A stretch of 26,262 nucleotides of DNA, from contig JAYGDX010000242.1 in NCBI GenBank assembly GCA_046582655.1, positions 1 to 26,262 on the forward strand, read 5' to 3'. A program made the translations under genes and the position numbers. Source of the DNA: Candidatus Poribacteria bacterium (lineage in GTDB: Bacteria > Poribacteria > WGA-4E > UBA9662). This document shows positions 19,350 through 26,262 of the stretch, piece by piece (within the stretch, counting starts at the first letter, position 1; the number at the start of each line of letters is the position of its first letter). The notes under the pieces were generated by a model that made no database searches, was not told the DNA's origin, and was given only the letters and a program-made list of their open reading frames with translations.

Positions 19350-19899
19350 TCTTTTGATCCTTTGGATAAAATTTTGCGCGTACCTGCTTCATCTGGACAA
19401 CCTTTAGATCAGGATCGCCTGTTGTTTGATGCCCAAATACCACCGAGTCACCACGCACAATCCTCGATTCGTTTGGTGCGTAAAGTTTCTCTTTGTCATT
19501 GAGCCAGTGAAGTTCATCTGTAAACATTTTCCCATCCTGGCTAACGGCAATAACATCCTCAAAAACCTTCACATCCTGGTTGGATTGGATAAGCTCACCG
19601 TGTTTACCTGTTACAGTTGCCGCGAGTTTCCCGTTTTGAAATATTTCCACTATTGGGCTGCTAACATAAATTATACCTAGGCGGGAAGTGGCAGAGCGTC
19701 CTACAAGCTTCCACTTCAACACACCTTCCTCAGCGTGACTGGTGGAAAACCTTGTTAACTGCTGTTGCGGGATATCTTCCAGATTCTTTCCGACAACCTG
19801 ATTCTCTCCTGTATTACAACCTGAGCAAACAACAATGAATGCCAACACCATCACCAAGATTAGGCTAGCGTGTTTTCGGTTGTGTCTTCCATCGATCAT
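19330..19899 (-). CDS. lptC: LPS export periplasmic protein LptC (start uncertain)
   Basis: Hydrophobic anchor ending in CSGC; GVLKWKLVG, TVTGKHGEL, MFTDELHW; synteny with lptA-lptB. Confidence 0.78.
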   Translation of the reverse strand: MIDGRHNRKHASLILVMVLAFIVVCSGCNTGENQVVGKNLEDIPQQQLTRFSTSHAEEGVLKWKLVGRSATSRLGIIYVSSPIVEIFQNGKLAATVTGKHGELIQSNQDVKVFEDVIAVSQDGKMFTDELHWLNDKEKLYAPNESRIVRGDSVVFGHQTTGDPDLKVVQMKQVRAKFYPKDQKIDETNL

Positions 19900-20770
19900 G
19901 CATCCAAATCCATTGTTCCGGATAACGTCTAATATAAGATTCAATTATCTTTGTAAAATGCTGTGTATTAACAACCAGATCCGATTGATAATCACCAGTC
20001 TGCTGCAAATTCAAAGGAGGTTCTACCACCAACCGATGTTTATCGTTTGTCTGCCGGATGATGAACATTGGCAAAATCGGAGATCCTGTCTTAAGCGCAA
20101 TGGCGACGGGACCATACGGCGTATAAGCAGAAAGATTAAAAAACTGGACAAACACACCTTTCGTTTTGGTATCTATGTCTGCCAAGATGCCAAGCAATTC
20201 GTTGCGATTGAGACAACTCAGTGCTTCACGTATTGATCTATCCCGATTAAGACTAATGTAACCTGCTTTTTTACGATGCTGATGAACAAATTGATTCAAC
20301 CACTTCGACCTTAACTCACGCGTAATTGCTCTGCCTTCATAACCATTTGTCGCCAGACTCACTGGGAGAAGTTCCCAGTTTCCCAAGTGACCCGATACAC
20401 CAATCACACCCTTTCCTTCCCTCAGGGCACAATCGATATGCACCTTGCCTTCAATGGAAATATCATTCTGGACCCACTTTTCCAAACGCCCTGAAAATTG
20501 CAGAAATTCAACTAAGTTTTTCCCTACGTTCTGGTAGCAACGTTTGGCAATTTTTTGGGCTTCATATCTGTCTACTTGAAGACTACACTCAATATTATTG
20601 ATCGCACGTTTCCGACCTTCTCTAGACAATATTGCTATTAACCCACCAACTATTTTGCCGACAATCATCGATGAGTTCCGAGGTAGCAGAGACACGAAAC
20701 CGTTAAGAAACCACGCAATAAAACTGTACAGAGAATCTTTGAGAACACGTGATTGACGAACTGCCATCAT
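19865..20770 (-). CDS. Lipid A late acyltransferase (LpxL/HtrB family)
   Basis: GKGVIGVSGHLGNWEL (HxxxxE), ILADID, GVFVQFF, IRRYPEQWIWMHDRWK. Confidence 0.9.
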   Translation of the reverse strand: MMAVRQSRVLKDSLYSFIAWFLNGFVSLLPRNSSMIVGKIVGGLIAILSREGRKRAINNIECSLQVDRYEAQKIAKRCYQNVGKNLVEFLQFSGRLEKWVQNDISIEGKVHIDCALREGKGVIGVSGHLGNWELLPVSLATNGYEGRAITRELRSKWLNQFVHQHRKKAGYISLNRDRSIREALSCLNRNELLGILADIDTKTKGVFVQFFNLSAYTPYGPVAIALKTGSPILPMFIIRQTNDKHRLVVEPPLNLQQTGDYQSDLVVNTQHFTKIIESYIRRYPEQWIWMHDRWKTQPKTR

Positions 20771-20990
20771 CTTAGTTAGTGTAGCAGATTGAGCCCAATC
20801 ATTACAAGGCGAAAGCCTAATACTAAATTCCCTATATTACTTTAAAAAGTATAACGTCAACGGGAGTTACTAGAGAACTTAAGGTAGAAGACTATACCGA
20901 ATATGATATAATGTTTTTGCTATATATGGAGTATACGGGAAAGTTGTTTTCAAACGTGTAATTAGTCTGAAAGTATCTATATAATAATAG

Positions 20991-21977
20991 ATGAATCTGC
21001 AAAAATTTATCAGAAATCATGTAGAGTACAGAATAGATCCCCTAACTTCTGGGCAATCTAGAATAAACCCGAAAAGAGCCAAGAGAGCCAAACAGACCGA
21101 AAACAACGTCGAACAGAGGGGAATCATCAGTAGATCAAAAACCCAATGCATATTTTGTCCTAATCAAATAGAGAAACAGACAACAGAGTTCCCGACAGAC
21201 ATTTGCCAAACAGGTAGAATCAAAGAAGGGGAAACAACAATCTTCCCCAATTTGTATCCATTCGCTGAGAACCACGCTGTCGGGGTAATCACAACCGAAC
21301 ATTTCCTCGATCTGGATCAATTTACAGAGGAATTACTTAAAGACAATTTAGTTGCAAGCAGAGACTATATTCTATCAATCAATGCTAATAATCATAAAGC
21401 AAGGTTTCCCACTTATATCTGGAATTATATGCCGCCATCTGCTGGAAGTATAATCCACCCACACGTCCAAATTATGGTAGACACTGAGCCAATACCAGAA
21501 ATTAAGAAATTTCTACAAAAAAGTAAAAAATATTTCCAAAACAATAAGAAGAATTACTGGCAGGTACTGGTCGAAGACGAAAAAAAACTGGGACAGAGAT
21601 ACATTGGTGGAAGCGATATGCTAGCATTGATTGCCAGCTTTGCGCCGAGAGGTTTTAATGAAGTTCAATTTATTTTTCAAGGTATTAGTTCGCTCTCTGA
21701 ATTAACCCTCAAGCTAATAGACGATTTTGTTTCTTGTTTAGTAAAGCTCTTGAATGGTTACAAGGAACTGGGAGTTGGTGCTTTTAACTTAGTTACCTAT
21801 TCTAGTGCAGTAAACCAGAATCACGAGTATTACTGGTTGAATATGAAGCTCATCTCTCGTCCGTTTCCAAAGGGAGTCTATACCAATGACACTGGCCCTA
21901 TGGAAAGGTTGTATGATGTCTGGGTAATTGACACACTACCGGAAATGGTGGCAGAAAAGTTAAGAATCCATTTTTAA
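20991..21977 (+). CDS. GalT-like nucleotidylyltransferase (HIT superfamily, GalT branch)
   Basis: EYRIDPLT..RAKR, CIFCP zinc motif, FPNLYPF, WNYMPPSAGSIIHPHVQ (HxHxQ), LPEMVAEKLR. Confidence 0.85.
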   Translation: MNLQKFIRNHVEYRIDPLTSGQSRINPKRAKRAKQTENNVEQRGIISRSKTQCIFCPNQIEKQTTEFPTDICQTGRIKEGETTIFPNLYPFAENHAVGVITTEHFLDLDQFTEELLKDNLVASRDYILSINANNHKARFPTYIWNYMPPSAGSIIHPHVQIMVDTEPIPEIKKFLQKSKKYFQNNKKNYWQVLVEDEKKLGQRYIGGSDMLALIASFAPRGFNEVQFIFQGISSLSELTLKLIDDFVSCLVKLLNGYKELGVGAFNLVTYSSAVNQNHEYYWLNMKLISRPFPKGVYTNDTGPMERLYDVWVIDTLPEMVAEKLRIHF

Positions 21978-22058
21978 ACCTGATAGGCATAACATCAACA
22001 TGGTGAGGACTACAGTTACAACAGGGTAACGAAACAGCCCTATGCGAATCAACTTGTT

Positions 22059-22880
22059 TCACACCGTTCCCCAAGTATGCCGAACGAAGGAAGTCGCTTT
22101 TTTAAAGCCTTCGCATCCCGTGTGGCTTGCCTCCTCAACGCTAAGCCAACCATCAAAGCCACCGTGCTTCAAAACAGAAAGCACCTCTTTTATCGGAGAC
22201 ACGCCGGTACCAACAAGCACAGGCTCAAAGGAATTCGGGGCGCGAATATCGAACACATGCACAGTGACTACTCTTTCCTTAACGACTTTGAGTAACGCAA
22301 TTGGATCTTCACCAAGAACCAAGGGGTTCGCTGTATCAAAACAGACCTTTAGGGAAGTATCAGTGAAATTTCCAAGTATCTCCAGAAAAATATCTCCAGG
22401 TTGGGAAAAGTCCCAGTACTGCCAGGGAGCCCCTTTGGTATGATTCTCGTATGCCAGGATCACACCAACCTTCTCTGCCTCATCGAGTACCCGGCAGAGT
22501 CCCTCAACCGCCCAACAGATGCCCTGTTTCCGATGGAGGCCGGGGTGGTTCTGGCCAGCGGTTACACGAGCAAATTTGGCTCCTAGAGTCGCAGCCAGTC
22601 GAACATCTGATTTCATCTGTTCGATCTCCCTCTCTCTCTGAAAGGCATCCGGGTGGGTAAAATCCGGATAGCACACAAGTGTACAAATATCTAGCTCTGC
22701 CCGTTGTGCTTCTTCGAAAATTGCCTCAAGCATCTGTGTTTCCCGAGTAGGAAAGAATTTCACGCTGACATCAATACCATCCAAGCCCAAATCCGCACCA
22801 AAATGCACCCAGTCTAAAATGGATCTTTTGCCGCTAAAAATATCCTCATACAGAGAAACTGGTAAACAACTCAGCTTCAT
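22059..22880 (-). CDS. Sugar phosphate isomerase/epimerase (xylose isomerase-like TIM barrel)
   Basis: LGLDGIDV, LGAKFARVTAG, LAYENH, CFDTAN, VHVFD, GTGVSPI, GFDGWLSVEE. Start set at MKLSCLPVS. Confidence 0.88.
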   Translation of the reverse strand: MKLSCLPVSLYEDIFSGKRSILDWVHFGADLGLDGIDVSVKFFPTRETQMLEAIFEEAQRAELDICTLVCYPDFTHPDAFQREREIEQMKSDVRLAATLGAKFARVTAGQNHPGLHRKQGICWAVEGLCRVLDEAEKVGVILAYENHTKGAPWQYWDFSQPGDIFLEILGNFTDTSLKVCFDTANPLVLGEDPIALLKVVKERVVTVHVFDIRAPNSFEPVLVGTGVSPIKEVLSVLKHGGFDGWLSVEEASHTGCEGFKKATSFVRHTWGTV

Positions 22881-23063
22881 TATCGAAACCCTCATTTCTG
22901 TATAGTATTTATATGGAACGAAATATGAATCTCGACCCAAAATTTGTTTCTTTCTTATTCATAGCTAAACTGTCTCTACCTAAGCGAGGGAAAATGAAGA
23001 TACGCTAATTAAAAATACAAAGGTGATAATAAACAGTCTTTCCACTACTACACTTTTACCTCA

Positions 23064-23094
23064 ATTTGTATTTAGTTTTAACTTAAATACAAAT
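23064..23094. repeat. Perfect 11-bp inverted repeat with 9-nt spacer
   Basis: ATTTGTATTTA-GTTTTAACT-TAAATACAAAT. Confidence 0.7.
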
Positions 23095-24519
23095 GCTATA
23101 TTATGAATATTCCTTACTTGAACGGCAGGCGTCTCCTCGCTTTAATCCCATACACGAGTTGTCTATTTCGCGGGTATCAGCAGTCATTTTATTGCTTTAT
23201 ATTTCAGTTGCCTAACTAAATTAAGCAATCAATTAAAATAGGTCCCATAGAGCCATAATTTTGAATAACGGTTCCCAATGAAGGATGGTTGATCCTGACT
23301 CATAAACTATATCTTTCTATGTGTAATGCTGTGCCGTCGCTAACCACTTTAAAACGTCTAATTAGATCAAAATTGAGAAGCACCATCAGAGCTCAAACTT
23401 AAACAGAATCATGCGCGCAATAAAAATATATCGAAGATCAACATGAACACTCCAAAAGAAAAAAACCTTCAAATCCCGCATTTGTTTTCTAAATATCAAA
23501 GCAGTAACTACAAGGAAAACGAATATAGAAACAGCGCCAATGAATGAGTACGCAAATCGAAAATCCTAGGTTTTGGAAGCAAAAAACTACCGATTTAAAA
23601 CCCAACAGCAGCGAGAGCGATCTTGCGATAACGTTCGACTTTAAGAGAAATTTTTTTAGCCACGCCATCTACTGATTCATCTGCTTCCATTTCATCACCC
23701 CGATGGAACCAAGACTAATCCCCTACCCCATACTCTCTGGCTTGATTCATTTTAACATAGCTGATTCAGTTAGTGTGATAATTATCAGGCAAATGCTGAA
23801 ATTATGCCCATCGGCATTTGATTATGAACTGCATATTTTTAGAGAGTTGTCAGACAGTAATCACAGCAGGAAGATGCACATGAAATGATACTACACGGGA
23901 TAATTAGGAAGGATTCATGCTTATCCAAATTATATAGATAGTGTGAGGTTAAAATAAGGGACGAAATTGGACGAATCAACCGATGGGGATCAGAACTTCC
24001 CACCAGTCAACATGCTCCATACCCAATTCATTCCATATACGAGTCTGAAACTTTTAAGTAGGAATCCTGACCTTTAATTAGATTCTTATTTCATAACACA
24101 TTCCACCATCCCTAGGGGCTAAAGGCATACCTGGGTAACTATTACTCTAAATTCCTATGTTTTTCTTCTCCCCAGTTGTTTGTTTCAAACAGCAATATCC
24201 TGATAGGGTATTTTTTGTGCCTGATTGTATTGTAATTATTAGTTAGTCCTGATAAGATAGGTCTGTTCGGTTAGATCTACCAGAAATCAAATTATATTGC
24301 CAACAATTGTGCCCCTATGGTGTCGTTGAGCGAATTCCAGAGATTCTGAAAAAACCAAAATCACGTAGAGAATACCCTAAATCATAGTCTTAAATATTTA
24401 AATCAAGCGGATGCGTCCATTCGCGGAATTAAGTTAGCCAGCTAACGTCGCATTGCTATTAAAGCAAATGTATGAGCAGATACATTTGTTCTTCACTACT
24501 AAAAGGAAGGATCAAATAT

Positions 24520-25539
24520 ATGCCAGCCTTAAATCGCCAGATTGTCTTAGCGAGCCGGCCTGACGGTTACCCCATTGAGTCCAATTTTGAATTGGTCGAA
24601 AATCCGATCCCAGATCCAGCAGAAGGAGAGATTTTGGTTCGAACCATCTACTTGTCAGTAGATCCATATATGCGAGGTCGGATGAATGCCAGCCAAAAAT
24701 CATATGCCCCGCCAGTCGGTAATCGAGAAGTCATTACCGGTGGTGTAGTCGGCGAGATAGTGAAATCGAAGCACGATCAGTTTCAAGTTGGAGATATTGC
24801 ACAGTGTCAACTCGGTTGGCAGGCTTATGGAACGGTAGCTGGTGAAACCGCTCGCAAAATCGACCTAGACCAGGCACCAATTTCAACTTCGCTCGGTATT
24901 TTAGGAATGCCTGGCTTGACTGCCTACTTTGGTCTACTCGATGTCTGTGAGCCTCAAGCTGGAGAAACGGTTTTCATTTCTGGGGCGGCCGGGGCGGTCG
25001 GTTCACTGGTAGGACAAATTGCTAAGATCAAAGGCTGTCGAGCCGTTGGTTCAGCAGGGACAGATCAAAAGGTTGAGCACGTAGTTTCAGATCTCGGTTT
25101 CGATGCCGCCTACAACTATAAAGCAACTAGTGATTACGTTGCTAAAATCGCTGAGTTATGCTCAGAAGGTGTCGACGTCTATTTTGATAATGTTGGTGGT
25201 AAGCAGACTGATTCGGTTTTCCCCAATTTCAACATCGGTGCTCGTATTTCGATTTGCGGTCAGATCTCACAATACAACCGAAAGCAACCAGAACTTGGTC
25301 CTCGATTATTCTTTAACTTTATTACCAAGCGGCTTCGAATGCGGGGTTTTTTGGTGTTCGATTTTGTAGATCGACATCCACAAGCTCTGGCTGAGATGAC
25401 AAAATGGCTAAATACAGGTAAATTACAGTATCGTGAAACTATCACTAATGGTCTTGAAAATGCACCAACAGCCTTCATCAGCATGCTGAAAGGCGGAAAT
25501 TTGGGTAAGCAGTTAGTAAAAGTATCCGACGAGATCTGA
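24520..25539 (+). CDS. NADP-dependent oxidoreductase (CurA/prostaglandin reductase-like MDR)
   Basis: NRQIVLASRP, YLSVDPYMRGRM, LGMPGLTAYFGL, SGAAGAVGS, YFDNVGG, CGQISQYN, GGNLGKQLV; AAGGAAGG RBS before ATG 24520. Confidence 0.93.
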   Translation: MPALNRQIVLASRPDGYPIESNFELVENPIPDPAEGEILVRTIYLSVDPYMRGRMNASQKSYAPPVGNREVITGGVVGEIVKSKHDQFQVGDIAQCQLGWQAYGTVAGETARKIDLDQAPISTSLGILGMPGLTAYFGLLDVCEPQAGETVFISGAAGAVGSLVGQIAKIKGCRAVGSAGTDQKVEHVVSDLGFDAAYNYKATSDYVAKIAELCSEGVDVYFDNVGGKQTDSVFPNFNIGARISICGQISQYNRKQPELGPRLFFNFITKRLRMRGFLVFDFVDRHPQALAEMTKWLNTGKLQYRETITNGLENAPTAFISMLKGGNLGKQLVKVSDEI

Positions 25540-25557
25540 TTTGGCGAACTCTCTACT

Positions 25558-26262
25558 AGACCTCTTACATAAGTCAGGATTTGAGTTTGAGTTCAAGATT
25601 GTAGATGGCAGCAATCAAATTAAAGCGGAGTGAAAAACGTCGTCGTCGGTTGCGATAACGCTGGCACAGAATAGCAAAGACCTTTAGTTTGCCAATCACA
25701 TGCTCAATATGAATACGGCCTCGGGCTAAATGCTGATTGCTCGCTTTCTCTTGTCGGCTTCAGGGGCGATGTTTAGATTTCCTCTTTGGCAGCCAGCTCC
25801 TGGCATGCAAATTAGCTAAGCCTGGATAACCAGAATCGGCCAGACAACTAATCTGCTCGCTGATTGTCGTTAGGCTATCCTTAAATAACTGAAAATCATG
25901 TTTGGATCCACTACTGAAAGCGGTGGCAATGATTTGTAAGCTGTGTTGATTGATGACTAGTTGGGCTTGCTGTGTATGTCTTTTTTTCTTGCCACTGTCA
26001 TGTCGACGCTGTTTTTTTAGGTCGTTCAATCGGTTGCTCGGTGACATCTACTATGACCCCTTGGATGTTGGTTTGGCTTTCAAGCAACTCTCTTTTACTC
26101 GGCAGTCGGAACTATCGACACTGGATCAACCTATTTTCAACTCGTTGTATGGTCCGGCAAACGGTAGACTCGCTGACCGCATAGGCTTGGGCGATGTGGT
26201 ACTGAGTTTGATATTCCCTCCAATACATCAATGTCATCAGCAGTTGGTCGCTACAACTTAGC
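25558..26262 (-). mobile_element. IS5 family (ISL2-group) insertion sequence, decayed and partial
   Basis: Transposase reads LSCSDQLLMTLMYWREY..SESTVCRTI..*..VDVTEQPIERPKK, shifts -1 at A7 (26012-26018), then SGKKKRHT..HDFQLFK..ADSGYPG..HRP*..RIHIEHVIGKLKVF..RYRNRRRRFSLRFNLIAAIYN (stop 25574-25576). Premature stops at 26112-26114 and 25760-25762. Likely terminal IR AGACCTCTTACATAAG from about 25558. Confidence 0.9.

Noticed and set aside
12875..20601. Short antisense and alternate-frame ORFs over valS, rpoN, hprK and the lpt genes
   Set aside because: Shadow ORFs with no recognisable motifs that overlap well-supported genes.
23064..23094. dif/Xer recombination site
   Set aside because: The spacer is 9 nt rather than 6, and there is no XerD-type TTATGTTAAAT arm.
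23390..23565. Small ORFs in the AT-rich gap (34-aa plus-strand ORF; hydrophobic minus-strand frame)
   Set aside because: No convincing RBS or start; the hydrophobicity is explained by T-rich composition.
25950..26261. Plus-strand ORFs at the right end
   Set aside because: Antisense to the IS5 transposase.
1..26262. CRISPR array, tRNA/rRNA genes, sigma54 -24/-12 promoters
   Set aside because: No regularly spaced repeats or RNA gene signatures were seen. The TGGCAC hits I checked lie in coding sequence without correct GG-N10-GC spacing. This was a manual scan only.

Overview
Bacterial chromosomal window of roughly 42% GC (estimated by eye), using the standard genetic code. It is most likely Candidatus Poribacteria, inferred from LamG proteins ending in the 'V-x-P-x-G-K-L-x-T-T-W-x-x-L-K' motif and the abundance of sulfatase, PhyH, aldo-keto reductase and sialidase genes. 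The left part (1-12.3 kb) is an accessory catabolic region: sulfatase pseudogene, ceramidase-like hydrolase, SDR, GH33 sialidase, two AKRs, LamG protein, PhyH dioxygenase, esterase and SGNH hydrolase, several with nonsense or frameshift lesions. The centre (12.3-20.8 kb) is an intact minus-strand housekeeping block: lpxL-lptC-lptA-lptB-rpoN-hprK-HPr-like, a terminator, then valS. The right part holds a GalT-like gene, a sugar-phosphate isomerase/epimerase, a ~1.6 kb AT-rich gap with gene remnants, a CurA-like oxidoreductase and a decayed IS5 (ISL2-group) element cut by the window edge. The most notable observation is the HPr next to hprK and rpoN. It has no histidine at all (Asp at the His15 position) but keeps the HprK target Ser46 motif, and hpf, ptsN and rapZ are absent from the cluster. 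This suggests a regulatory HprK/Crh-like module rather than a classical PTS relay.
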